NCBI GenBank assembly: GCA_015522055.1
Contig: WAMZ01000094.1
Location: forward strand, 1 to 47,594
Direction: 5' to 3'
Length of the DNA: 47,594 nt
Source: Candidatus Geothermarchaeota archaeon
GTDB lineage: Archaea; Thermoproteota; Nitrososphaeria; Geothermarchaeales; JDFR-13
In this document: in pieces, positions 36,898 to 47,180 of the stretch
Position numbering within the stretch: the first letter of the stretch is position 1
How the letters are laid out: each line of letters begins with the position of its first letter
The notes under the pieces: model-generated
Seen by the model: the letters and a program-made list of their open reading frames with translations, nothing else
Databases searched by the model: none
Told to the model about the DNA's origin: nothing
Program-made: the position numbers and the translations under genes

Positions 36898-38001
36898 TTA
36901 ATCAGGCCCACTCCATTTGAAGACCCTATGCCCAGTCTCGCTGTACATGGCATTAAGTATATCCCTTAGATTATCCAGTCCAAATAGGTCTGCCAACTCA
37001 AAAAGACCCGCTGGAGCCCCAACCCCAAGCCTATAGACCTTATCGACCCTAGCTTTATCTGCCACCCCATCCTCCACCACCCTGAAAGCCTCATTGACAA
37101 CAACTGCTAGATATGGAGTGGGGTCCGCCGGCTCTGCCTCAGTTATGACAGCGGAACCAGACTCCCATCTATAGAATCCTACACCCGCCTTCTTCCCCAG
37201 CTTCCCCCTAGAGATCATGTCATCAAGTATATTAGCTGGATACCTGTAAATATCTCCATAGGCCTCAAACAGATTATCCAATATGCGCTTAACGACATCA
37301 AGACCGATCAAATCCATACCCTCCACCACACCATATGGTACACCAAGACCCTTCACACCAGCATCGATACTCTCAGGCCTAACACCTCTATCCAATTGAT
37401 ACAAAGCTACAACGAAGGCTGTATAGATCAACCTATTAAGTACAAAGCCTCTACAATCCTTATCCAAAACTATAGGCTCCTTCCCAATCAGCCTGCTATA
37501 TTCAATTATACTGTCTAATGCTTCATCGACCGTATAACTGCTTCCCACGACCTCAACCAACTTCATGTCGATCGGGGGATTGGAGAAATGCATGGCAACC
37601 AACCTACCTGGATCATCCAATTGTGATGCCAACTCAGATACTGTATAGCTGCTTGTGTTGGTGGCGAAGAGAATATCACGATCTAGGATCCTCTCTAAAT
37701 CCGAGAATAATCTACGCTTAACCTTTAGATCCTCAACAACAGCCTCGAATACGAACTCAGCACCTCTAGAGTCATTGATATCCGTTGTATAAACTATATT
37801 GTCAATTAATTCAGGGGACACCATATCAACATTCCTTGATAAATAGAGATGCCTCTCCCTAGCCCTAGCCAATGAATCCGGGGATATATCATAGAGAACG
37901 ACCCTAAACCCTTTATGAGCAAATATATATGCTATATCAGTACCCATCAACCCGGCTCCAGCTAAGAAGATCCTAACACCACTCATCAAAAAACAATTCA
38001 C
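36898..38001 (-). CDS. 3-hydroxyacyl-CoA dehydrogenase (NAD-binding)
   Basis: LAGAGLMGTDIA Rossmann motif, ATNTSS, HFSNPP. The true start is probably the internal MSGVRIF. Confidence 0.8.
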   Translation of the reverse strand: MNCFLMSGVRIFLAGAGLMGTDIAYIFAHKGFRVVLYDISPDSLARARERHLYLSRNVDMVSPELIDNIVYTTDINDSRGAEFVFEAVVEDLKVKRRLFSDLERILDRDILFATNTSSYTVSELASQLDDPGRLVAMHFSNPPIDMKLVEVVGSSYTVDEALDSIIEYSRLIGKEPIVLDKDCRGFVLNRLIYTAFVVALYQLDRGVRPESIDAGVKGLGVPYGVVEGMDLIGLDVVKRILDNLFEAYGDIYRYPANILDDMISRGKLGKKAGVGFYRWESGSAVITEAEPADPTPYLAVVVNEAFRVVEDGVADKARVDKVYRLGVGAPAGLFELADLFGLDNLRDILNAMYSETGHRVFKWSGPD

Positions 38002-38039
38002 ACATATAATATATTAATGATACGAAAAATTGGATTCAA

Positions 38040-38405
38040 TTACACCTTATACCTGAATTTTTTAAGTCTTTCACCCACTAGACTCCAGACAAGCCCCCCA
38101 GCAACCGCTGAAACCAATGAATATAAAAATGGAACCAGTATTATTAAGCCAGAGCCCAACATAACCATAGCTCCATACGGATTAACAACATAGTAGTATG
38201 AGATCATTAGTAAGTAGAAGATAAAGATTGATAGGATAGAGACAGCGACCATCGCGTAAATCCTCCTCAAACCATATGAAGACGCTAGGCCCGCCAATAT
38301 ACCCCCTAAGATTAATTCATACCCACCCAACTCTAGATTCAACGCGATATAAAAGAGAAATATAGCAACGGCTATATTCGCAATATGAGATATCACTCGA
38401 TTCAT
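38040..38405 (-). CDS. Small 4-TM membrane protein, translationally coupled to the penicillin-acylase homologue
   Basis: 121 aa with four hydrophobic helices. Its ATG overlaps the upstream stop (ATGA, 38402-38405). Confidence 0.5.
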   Translation of the reverse strand: MNRVISHIANIAVAIFLFYIALNLELGGYELILGGILAGLASSYGLRRIYAMVAVSILSIFIFYLLMISYYYVVNPYGAMVMLGSGLIILVPFLYSLVSAVAGGLVWSLVGERLKKFRYKV

Positions 38406-40942
38406 CCACCCTCACCCCTTAATATGATTACTGACTCAAACTCCTCAACACCGGTAATATCTCTATACAAATATATCTTGTAGTATTCCCTGGATACCCA
38501 TGTAGACAATTGGTCGTGGTAGTGTGGATTGAAGGGGTTCCCGCTATTCCCGCCGGGCAAAACTATGTATAGACTGGGTATGCTACTCTCGCTAGGCTCC
38601 AGCATCGTTATATACCTAATGCTGGACGCCCCAGTTACATAATATGGTGGGCTACTCGGGTCGAAACCCGATACAGCTACTGTGAATAGACCGCCTTGAC
38701 CATCATACATAGGGTAGTTCAGCCATGGTAGAATATCTCCCATAGGATGCTTAATCCTATACTTTAAAACATCACCCCATCTCCATGACTCTATATCCTC
38801 ACCGAAGGACTCCGTCAACTGGTTGACCGCTTCCTTAATCGAATCGGCGAGTATTCTAGGTATCTCACCATTCACCCACTTATAGTATCCTTCATCTAGC
38901 TTGCCAGACTCATATAACTTTAATATGTATTCCGTGGTCTCAAGTGGGATGAAACCGATGCCTAGGCCAGCTGCCTCAACCTCATCTCCCCATAGTAGCT
39001 TATGTAAATTATATAGCCAAGCCGTGTATATGGAGGGGGCCACCGAATCACTAGACATTTCATAATCCCACTTTGATAATATATCTATGGCTACACGCTC
39101 CCTATCTCCAATTATGTCGTTATCCACATTGGATATCATCATGGGGAGAAGCGTCTCGGCCGCCAAGCTATGTATATCACCCTGGATCATCATAACATCT
39201 TCTAGGGAGATCTTCTCACCAGCATCTATAAAGCTCCTTATTAATTCATCTATCCTCTCGAATCTAAATCTATCGGCCCATCTCCAACCAAGGTAATATG
39301 GATAATCACCTGGGACAAGTCTATTATTAGCGGTGGCGATATATCCCTGTGGAGGATTGATTGCATGGGGGATCTCATCGAATGGGATATACCCCGACCA
39401 CTCACCCTCACCAGCACTACCGTTGAATGGGAGGAAGCCCATATTGATTATATCGAGGCCTTCCACCTCAATAATAGGTGTATTGTTACGTATTGGATAT
39501 GCCCCAGCCGGATAATATAATATGTTTCCCTTATCGTCTGCAGCCACAAGGTTCTGGGCTGGAACAGAGAAGAACTTGGCGCCCTCGATGATGTCAGATA
39601 TGTCTTCGGCGTAGTTATAATAGTAGAAGGATACTAGCTCTAGGGTGGGGCTATGGCCTGTCCACCTAACGGCATACTTGACTCCATTATATTCATAGAG
39701 AGGCCCATGTATAGTAATATTCACCTTAAATTCTATAACTCTATAGCCGGCCCCGGATCTAACATATATCTCTTCATTAACCTGCCTGGGTTTGAGCCAC
39801 CTCCCCTTATATAAATACTTGTCTCCACTCCATTTGTAAAAATAGAAGTCGGTGACGTCGGCCCCCACATTCGTGAATCCCCATGCCACATGCTCATTCC
39901 TACCAATTATTATAAACGGGATCCCCGGGAAAGTAACGCCGAATATAGATAACTCACCGGGTATGATTAAGCCAGCCTCATACCATACTGGAGGAGCCTG
40001 TAGACTGAGGTGTGGGTCATTGGCTAAAATGGGATAACCAGTGTCTGTCAACTCACCAGATATAACCCAGTTGTTCGACAGACCAACTCCTATAATCTTT
40101 TTTAGCCCAGTATTGAGGGTGTTTAGATGGGAGATATAGCTCCTCAATTGGGTAGCATTATAATTATTATAATAATGTTCTACTGGGGTGGACTGGTAAC
40201 TATTCAATTTATACATGCTGAGTATAGGTTTGTTTAGACTCCTATTAAGGAAGTCTAGTCTAATTAGGGCATCATACCCATTCGCCTCTAGGAAGGAGAG
40301 AAGCTCGAGATCAGAGAAGCCTCCGGCCAACCCCCATGAGATGATCCTCCCTACGGCTATAGAGTCTATGGGGCTCCACGGCTCGGGGTCGACCCCTAAG
40401 ATATAGTATTCTGGGGGGAGAGCACCAGTTCTTTTTGCATACTCTATGTAGTAATTTACCCCCCTAGTATAGGATATTAGGTATTCATGGAGCTCAGAGT
40501 ACATAGGGTCTTTGCTAATCAATTCATATGTATCCCTGGCCGACCTGTATAAACCGATTACTCTAAAGAATTTATCGGTATCAATGAAGTCTGGCCCGAA
40601 TAACTCACTCAAGTTCCCCGATGCATACCGCCTCACTAGATCCATCTGGAATAGCCTATCCCTAGCCTGGATAAAACCAAATACATAGTAGAGGTCGCTT
40701 GGGTTAGTTGCCTCAATATACGGTATCCCCAATGGGGTATACCTAACCCTCACGGTATCCCTCAAACCTGGGAGGGAGAACTCCTCCTCGTAAACTATGG
40801 ATTTAGGAACCACCCCCAGCGGCCCCTTAATAGGGTTCAACACATTCTTCAATATAGGTATTGAAATGGTTGGGAATATCAATACAGAGATTAAGACTAT
40901 AATCGAAATCAGCTTTAGCAAATCAAGCCTAGATACCATCAC
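38402..40942 (-). CDS. Penicillin amidase / acylase family Ntn-hydrolase (peptidase S45), N-terminally membrane-anchored
   Basis: Autoprocessing and nucleophile motif GLSNNWVISG followed by ILANDPHL. N-terminal hydrophobic anchor LLKLISIIVLISVLIFPTISIPIL. 846 aa. Confidence 0.85.
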   Translation of the reverse strand: MMVSRLDLLKLISIIVLISVLIFPTISIPILKNVLNPIKGPLGVVPKSIVYEEEFSLPGLRDTVRVRYTPLGIPYIEATNPSDLYYVFGFIQARDRLFQMDLVRRYASGNLSELFGPDFIDTDKFFRVIGLYRSARDTYELISKDPMYSELHEYLISYTRGVNYYIEYAKRTGALPPEYYILGVDPEPWSPIDSIAVGRIISWGLAGGFSDLELLSFLEANGYDALIRLDFLNRSLNKPILSMYKLNSYQSTPVEHYYNNYNATQLRSYISHLNTLNTGLKKIIGVGLSNNWVISGELTDTGYPILANDPHLSLQAPPVWYEAGLIIPGELSIFGVTFPGIPFIIIGRNEHVAWGFTNVGADVTDFYFYKWSGDKYLYKGRWLKPRQVNEEIYVRSGAGYRVIEFKVNITIHGPLYEYNGVKYAVRWTGHSPTLELVSFYYYNYAEDISDIIEGAKFFSVPAQNLVAADDKGNILYYPAGAYPIRNNTPIIEVEGLDIINMGFLPFNGSAGEGEWSGYIPFDEIPHAINPPQGYIATANNRLVPGDYPYYLGWRWADRFRFERIDELIRSFIDAGEKISLEDVMMIQGDIHSLAAETLLPMMISNVDNDIIGDRERVAIDILSKWDYEMSSDSVAPSIYTAWLYNLHKLLWGDEVEAAGLGIGFIPLETTEYILKLYESGKLDEGYYKWVNGEIPRILADSIKEAVNQLTESFGEDIESWRWGDVLKYRIKHPMGDILPWLNYPMYDGQGGLFTVAVSGFDPSSPPYYVTGASSIRYITMLEPSESSIPSLYIVLPGGNSGNPFNPHYHDQLSTWVSREYYKIYLYRDITGVEEFESVIILRGEGG

Positions 40943-40993
40943 AAGTTATAATTATTATAAAATATAATAAATGATTGTGTTGTGATAAGGGGG

Positions 40994-43042
40994 TCAGTCC
41001 CCAATTTTATCTGCCAGATACTCAACTATATCCAAGACACGGATATCTTGAGGTGCCTCACTGGATAACATTATCCTACAGTATGGACACGCGGTACATA
41101 CTACCTCTGCCCCTGTAGCGATAGCCTCATCCATCCTCAATCTACTGATCCTATCACCACGCTTAACCTCGAAATATAGGTGCCCACCACCTCCACCACA
41201 GCAAAAGCTTCTCTCCCTATTTCTAGGCATCTCGGTGAAGCCGTCGCCCGCTACTGACCTAACGACTATTCTAGGATCCTCATACACTCCATTCCACCTA
41301 CCTAGATAACATGGATCGTGGAATGTAACCTTCTCACCACCGCCAGACGCCTTCAATAGACCTTTCTCTATGGCCTCTGACAGTATCTGGCTATGGTGAA
41401 TAACATCGATTCTATATCCATATAGCGGATACTCGTTCTTAAACACATTATATCCATGTGGACACATAACGATGAGCTTCTTAAATCTATATCTACTGAA
41501 TAACTCGCCATTCTGGCTGACGAGCTCCTTAAACAGTAACTCGTCGCCCAGCCTCCTGATTGGCTCGCCGCAGCAGGCCTCCTCCGGGAGTAGGGCCACA
41601 TTGACACCCATCCGCCTTAGAATTTTAAGTAGTGACCTAGCGATACCCCTATTATTTGGGTCGTAGGAGACTTGGCACCCCAGCCAGAGAACATAATCAT
41701 ATTCTATATCCTCGGATGCTACCTCCACACCCAGGTCCTTGGCCAACTCATTCAAGAAAACCTCCCTATCCATGGGGTCGTTTCCCATCGGGTTCCCATA
41801 CCTCATTATATTGTAGGATGGTTCTAGGGCCTCGTCCGGGACATTCTCACCCTTACCTATTAGATATCTTCTAATATCTATTATGCTCTCCACATGATGA
41901 ATCAGCATAGGACACTGATATACACATGCACCACATGTGACACATGACCAGAGAACCTCGGGGTCGATGAATCTAGGCACCAACTCAGCATCATAATCAC
42001 CCGAATCCATAGCCCTCCTAAGGTCTAGGATAAGGTCCATAGGGCTAAGTAGCTTCCCTGATAGGGTGGCTGGGCAGTTCTCTGTACACCTAGCACACTT
42101 TATACAAGAATCATAGTCCATCCTCTCCTTCCATGTAAGCATGGATAGAGAGCCGCCGCCAGGTACTCCCCCCTGCTCAACGATCTCATCTATATTCTCG
42201 ATCGCCTTAAATGCCGATGGGGCATAATCCCTCGCGAAGAATGTATTCAGTATACCTCCAGCAATCATATGGAATAACTTTGTATATGGTATGTAGGCTA
42301 CCAGGAAAATCGCTAGCAGCATGTGGCTAAGCCATATAACTCTATAAAGGGCGATCACCCATGGATAGGTATCCAATAACCCCGCTATCATCAATCCAAT
42401 AGGGTCATATAACCCTATCCACTCCCGTCTATACGCCCATGTAGATATACCATCGAGGATGAAACCTGTAACCAGTAGATAGAGTAGGGATAGGAGAATA
42501 GCTACATCTTCAGTTGTGGTCTTCAGGTATGGTGATATGTAGGAGACCCTCTTTCCCAGTGCAATAATTATCCCAATTATAGCTAGGGCCCCACCTACAT
42601 TCATAAGTAACTTAAATATATAGTAGGTGGTTGAGACCAGTAGTCTCGTGTTAAATAGCCTGATCAAGATATCATATTCGAATGCCCTAAGCAGTGTCCC
42701 TATAAGAAGAATTATAAAGCCTAAGTAGATCATTGTATGCATAGTGCCCTCCAATGGTTTATAGATAACCTTTCTCTGGAGTAAGCCATACCTGACTAGA
42801 TTCCCAATCCTCTCTATTATATTGTTAAGGGGAGGCCTCTCACCAGGCTTGAACCATCTTCTGTAGGCCCTGTATAATCCATAGATGAATATAATGGCTG
42901 CGAGGAGTAGTGACTGGTACACAAGAAATTCTAGGTCCTCAACGAAAAGAAAATGTTCTATCCCCGCTACAGACATATCATATCCACCCATAGACACATA
43001 TATATTTCTTGGTAGGGTTGGTTGGCCCGACGGCGCAACCAA
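40994..43042 (-). CDS. Membrane-bound FeS oxidoreductase: NarI/DsrM/HdrE-like di-haem-type TM domain fused to a 2x[4Fe-4S] ferredoxin and HdrD/GlpC-like CCG domains
   Basis: About 6 TM helices with conserved His residues and the IPYTKLFHM motif (NarI-family PxSKxxH-like). CIKCARCTENCP and CVTCGACVYQCP. CCG motifs ACCGEP and FCCGGGGG plus CTACPYC. The track start is a TTG; the ATGs at 42991 and 42976 are alternatives. Confidence 0.8.
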   Translation of the reverse strand: MVAPSGQPTLPRNIYVSMGGYDMSVAGIEHFLFVEDLEFLVYQSLLLAAIIFIYGLYRAYRRWFKPGERPPLNNIIERIGNLVRYGLLQRKVIYKPLEGTMHTMIYLGFIILLIGTLLRAFEYDILIRLFNTRLLVSTTYYIFKLLMNVGGALAIIGIIIALGKRVSYISPYLKTTTEDVAILLSLLYLLVTGFILDGISTWAYRREWIGLYDPIGLMIAGLLDTYPWVIALYRVIWLSHMLLAIFLVAYIPYTKLFHMIAGGILNTFFARDYAPSAFKAIENIDEIVEQGGVPGGGSLSMLTWKERMDYDSCIKCARCTENCPATLSGKLLSPMDLILDLRRAMDSGDYDAELVPRFIDPEVLWSCVTCGACVYQCPMLIHHVESIIDIRRYLIGKGENVPDEALEPSYNIMRYGNPMGNDPMDREVFLNELAKDLGVEVASEDIEYDYVLWLGCQVSYDPNNRGIARSLLKILRRMGVNVALLPEEACCGEPIRRLGDELLFKELVSQNGELFSRYRFKKLIVMCPHGYNVFKNEYPLYGYRIDVIHHSQILSEAIEKGLLKASGGGEKVTFHDPCYLGRWNGVYEDPRIVVRSVAGDGFTEMPRNRERSFCCGGGGGHLYFEVKRGDRISRLRMDEAIATGAEVVCTACPYCRIMLSSEAPQDIRVLDIVEYLADKIGD

Positions 43043-43078
43043 CCACTTAAACCCTAATTTGACTCCAGGTGGCGAATA

Positions 43079-43999
43079 CTACTTAACCAGCCTCTCCCTA
43101 AGCACCTTAATGAATACTGGTAGGAATTGATATAGGTCAGCGACTACACCATAGTCACTATAGTTGAATATAGGGGCGTTCTTATCCTTATTTACAGCCA
43201 CTATTACCTTAGAGTCGTTTGCAGCCATTATATGCTGTGGAGCGCCCGATATGCCTATAGGTATATAGAGCTTGGGCCTAATCTTCTTACCAGATATACC
43301 TATCCACCTATCCTCATCTAGCCACCCGAAGTCGGCGGCAATGGGCCTACTACAGCCCACCTCCCCTCCTAATAGCTCAGCCAACTCACTCGCCATCTTA
43401 ATATCATCTTTACTCCTGAACCCCCTGCCTACTCCTACAACCACCTCCGCAGACTCTATATCAACGGCGCCACGCTTCTTCTCCTCAACCCCAACAACTG
43501 TATATGACCCAGGCTCAGTAGTAACTTCTATAACATCTGGCTCACCAGCCTCATCGATGGGCTGGAACTTACCCACGGTATAAGTGAAGAGAGTCCCAGG
43601 AGTATACCTATAGTATGCGGTGGCTCTACCCCCTAATATCGGCCTCGCCAAATATACATCCCCGTCAATCTTCTCGATTGACGACACCTCAGTGACCATA
43701 AATCCATCTATCTTGGTAGCCACCCTACCTAGTAGGTCGACACCATCCTTGATGTTTGGCGACACAACCGTATCCACCGTCAAGTCATCCATTACTTTAT
43801 ATATAGACCCTATCGAGTTGTATAGGGATGCCGTCTTCACATGGTAAATCTTGTGGAATCCGCCGTGCTTGAATGGCTCCTTGGATATTATTAATGCATT
43901 TGCCTCCAGCTCCTCACCCAGGGCCTCCGCCAGCCTATTCAATACTGCTAGGGCCTCACCTAAATCACTGGGCTTGAAGCCTATTGCTAGTGCCTTCAT
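43079..43999 (-). CDS. etfA: Electron transfer flavoprotein, alpha subunit
   Basis: C-terminal FAD motif IGISGAPQHIMAANDSKVIVAVNKDKNAPIF. Confidence 0.85.
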   Translation of the reverse strand: MKALAIGFKPSDLGEALAVLNRLAEALGEELEANALIISKEPFKHGGFHKIYHVKTASLYNSIGSIYKVMDDLTVDTVVSPNIKDGVDLLGRVATKIDGFMVTEVSSIEKIDGDVYLARPILGGRATAYYRYTPGTLFTYTVGKFQPIDEAGEPDVIEVTTEPGSYTVVGVEEKKRGAVDIESAEVVVGVGRGFRSKDDIKMASELAELLGGEVGCSRPIAADFGWLDEDRWIGISGKKIRPKLYIPIGISGAPQHIMAANDSKVIVAVNKDKNAPIFNYSDYGVVADLYQFLPVFIKVLRERLVK

Positions 44000-44004
44000 A
44001 ATCT

Positions 44005-44799
44005 CTACCTCCTTAAAACACCCTCCTCGATAAGCTTATCGACAAGCTTGGAGGCGATCTCCTCCATAGACGCCCCCTCGATAATGATATTCTTGCGGGA
44101 AACTTTAACCAACTCATATTTAGTGGGAGTCTGCTTAGGGAGCTCAGACACCCCGATATCCGATAATGAATAGGTCTTTAATGGTTTCGCGAAGGCCCTC
44201 CTAATCTGTAGTAGTGTCGGTAGTCTAGGCTTATTAATCTCGCCCGTCACACTAATCACGGCTGGCAGCTCCGTCTCAACCATCTCTATATAATTCTCTA
44301 GATCCCTCTTACACCTAACCTTACCACCCTCTATAGACAACTCCCTAACAAAAGTTACAGAGTTATAGCCTAGGTAGCTAGCCAAGTAATTAGAGACCTG
44401 GGATGCCATCATATCCATCGAAGCCTCACCACATAGAACAAGCCCTACACCACCCAATTTATCGACCAGCTTAGACAATATATATGCAGTGGCCTTCGGT
44501 CCAGCCTCAACCGCAGCCTCGTCGACAACTACATGCGCCTCGTCACCACCCAAGGCCAATGCCTCCCTAACCACATTCTCGAAATCCCTCATCCTCCTCT
44601 GGGTAGGACCCCATGTCAATACAGATAATATATAGACCTTGCCACCCAGAGCGTCGCGTAGACGGACGGCTTCATAGACGGCGTTCCTATCATACTCACT
44701 AATGGCTAGTGGAATAGCCTCCTTGAGGAGTCGGCCCTCAGCATCTCCCCGAACAAGATTCACATCTAGGGAAGCCTTAACCAATACCGCAATATCCAT
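44005..44799 (-). CDS. etfB: Electron transfer flavoprotein, beta subunit
   Basis: N-terminus MDIAVLVKASLD and EYDRNAVYEAVRL. 264 aa, 5 nt upstream of etfA. Confidence 0.8.
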   Translation of the reverse strand: MDIAVLVKASLDVNLVRGDAEGRLLKEAIPLAISEYDRNAVYEAVRLRDALGGKVYILSVLTWGPTQRRMRDFENVVREALALGGDEAHVVVDEAAVEAGPKATAYILSKLVDKLGGVGLVLCGEASMDMMASQVSNYLASYLGYNSVTFVRELSIEGGKVRCKRDLENYIEMVETELPAVISVTGEINKPRLPTLLQIRRAFAKPLKTYSLSDIGVSELPKQTPTKYELVKVSRKNIIIEGASMEEIASKLVDKLIEEGVLRR

Positions 44800-44893
44800 A
44801 TATTGACACCCATGGCATAGAATGTTATTTAAATATTCTTTTGAATGGATATTTGGATAAAAAGAAGTATATATAACTAATACTATAACCCGG

Positions 44894-46633
44894 TTATTGA
44901 CCCTGTTTCTTAACGATCTCCTCCTCCTTTAGCACGCGCCTCAATATTTTGCCCACAGTACTCTTGGGGAGGGATTCCCTGAATTCGATCTCCTTTGGCA
45001 CCTTATACTCAGCTAGGTGCTCCTTCAAGAATTGCTTAAGGTCCTCCTCACTAACCCTACCTTTATAGCCGGGCTTCAGTACCACGAAAGCCTTCACTAT
45101 CTCACCCACCTTCTCATCCGGGACTCCTATAACCGCAGCGTCCTGCACCGCCTCATGCTTATAGAGAACCTCCTCTATCTCCCTCGGATAGACGCTATAA
45201 CCTTTATACTTGATTAGATCCTTCTTCCTATCCACGACATAGAAGTATCCCTCCTCATCGTAGTAGCCGATATCACCTGTCCTGAACCACCTATATCCAT
45301 ACTTCTCAAAGAACACCAGCCTATTCTCCTCATCCATCTTATAGTACCCCTTCATAACCTGGGGGCCAGACACAACTATCTCGCCAGTCTCATTAGGCGG
45401 TAGGAAGCGGTCCTCATCAATATCTGCGACGGCGGCTAATGTATTTGGTACGGGTAGGCCTATGCTCCCAATCTTATATTTTCCAAATATTGGGTTTACA
45501 TGGGTGACTGGGCTCGTCTCAGTCAGCCCGTACCCCTCCCTAAGCTTACCACCCGTAAGTTTCTCGAAGTTCTCAGCGACAGCCCTCGGTAGAGGTGCAG
45601 CCCCACTGATACATGCCTCGATGCTACTCAAGTCATATTTCTTTATATCATCATAGCTTATCATGAGCGAGTATAGGGTCGGTACGCCATGGAATACATT
45701 TATATGATATTTCTGGATAGCCTCCAGAACCTCCTTCAACTCAAACCTCGGGAATACAACGATTGTCGACATACTTTTTATCGCTGAATGCAGCACCGCC
45801 GTCTGCCCATATATATGGTACCAAGGCAGCAAACCTGCGAATACATCCTTCTTCTTCCTCCCCCTGAATAGCCATGAATCAATTTGATAAACATTACTGA
45901 CTAGATTGTAATGGGTCAGCATAGCGCCCTTCGGCAGTCCAGTGGTGCCACCAGTATACATTAGGGCAACCAAATCCTCTACAGGGTCGATATCGGCCCT
46001 GGGCGCATCGGCCGGATACCTACCTATAAGCTCCATAAACTTGAAGAATTTGCGGTTATCCGCGACGACCTTCACCTTCTTCTTGAATGCCCTATATAGG
46101 AAGGCTTTGAACCCGGGTAGGAAGTCATCGACCCCTGTATATATAACTGCATCTACATCAACCTCCTCCAACGCCTTCTCAACATTATCCTTGAAGAGAT
46201 CCAGCGCTACCAATATCCGCGCCCCACTATTCCCCAACTGATAAGCAACCTCTCTAGCCGTATATAATGGATTCATAGGGGTGACTATACCACCAACCTT
46301 AATCGCCCCGTAATATGCGATGACAAATTGTGGACAGTTGGGTAAATATATAGCCAGCTTATCACCCTTCTCGAAGCCGAACCTCTCAACCAAAGCCCTA
46401 CCAAACCTCTCCGAATACTGATGCAACTCTCCATAGCTAACCCGTCTACCAAGGAATATTAAGGCTGTATGGTCCGCAGCCTCTTTATATGCATCGTCGA
46501 GAAATTGGTGTAAAGGAACCTCAGGTATCTCTATCTCCGTAGGTGTACCCTCATCATAGAACTTTGTCCAAGGCTTACTTAATATATATTTCTCAAATAT
46601 CTCCTTATCACTAACTTTCTTCCTCCTAGGCAT
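44894..46633 (-). CDS. Medium/long-chain acyl-CoA synthetase (AMP-forming, ANL superfamily)
   Basis: AMP motif YTGGTTGLPKGA, GYGLTET, TGDIGYYDEEGYFYVVDRKKDLIKYKG, and C-terminal GKILRR. Confidence 0.9.
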   Translation of the reverse strand: MPRRKKVSDKEIFEKYILSKPWTKFYDEGTPTEIEIPEVPLHQFLDDAYKEAADHTALIFLGRRVSYGELHQYSERFGRALVERFGFEKGDKLAIYLPNCPQFVIAYYGAIKVGGIVTPMNPLYTAREVAYQLGNSGARILVALDLFKDNVEKALEEVDVDAVIYTGVDDFLPGFKAFLYRAFKKKVKVVADNRKFFKFMELIGRYPADAPRADIDPVEDLVALMYTGGTTGLPKGAMLTHYNLVSNVYQIDSWLFRGRKKKDVFAGLLPWYHIYGQTAVLHSAIKSMSTIVVFPRFELKEVLEAIQKYHINVFHGVPTLYSLMISYDDIKKYDLSSIEACISGAAPLPRAVAENFEKLTGGKLREGYGLTETSPVTHVNPIFGKYKIGSIGLPVPNTLAAVADIDEDRFLPPNETGEIVVSGPQVMKGYYKMDEENRLVFFEKYGYRWFRTGDIGYYDEEGYFYVVDRKKDLIKYKGYSVYPREIEEVLYKHEAVQDAAVIGVPDEKVGEIVKAFVVLKPGYKGRVSEEDLKQFLKEHLAEYKVPKEIEFRESLPKSTVGKILRRVLKEEEIVKKQGQ

Positions 46634-46770
46634 ACAAAAATATTACATATATTGAGTAAATAAATATAGCATCTTCAATAGGATAAATACATCATATATA
46701 ATGGACATATATTATCTAGTTAGTAATTTGAGATTAGACCACTAAACAATAATAAAGAAGGGGGTAATAC

Positions 46771-47109
46771 TTACTCCTCCCTAACAACCTGGAAAATCTT
46801 CCTGAGATGCACCGTCTCCATGACATTCCCAGTTATCTTCATCTTCCCCCTCATAAATGCAACCATGGGATCCATCTGTAGGTCGAGTATCTGGTTAAGT
46901 ACATCTAGATCCATAGAGAGAGTAGCTAGAGCATTTGGAGCCTTACCCTGTACTATATTGGCCTCTCCACCCTTAAACTCGATGTAGAATGGCTCAAGTC
47001 CACTGATCTCAAACTGGAATACCTTGTTCCATCCACTGATCTCCTCACCCATCTTCTCCTTCGCCTTGTTAAAGACGTTCAGGAACTTTGTTCTAATCTC
47101 ATCTATCAT
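46771..47109 (-). CDS. SCP2 sterol/lipid-carrier domain protein
   Basis: FQFEISG...FYIEFKGGEANIVQG...DPMVAFMRGKMKITGNVMETVHLRKIF matches the SCP2 fold signature. Confidence 0.7.
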   Translation of the reverse strand: MIDEIRTKFLNVFNKAKEKMGEEISGWNKVFQFEISGLEPFYIEFKGGEANIVQGKAPNALATLSMDLDVLNQILDLQMDPMVAFMRGKMKITGNVMETVHLRKIFQVVREE

Positions 47110-47180
47110 CTAAACCACCCTTCAGTAGAAACATTAAATTAATATGATTCCAGATACGGGAATATAAAACGATTATAATA

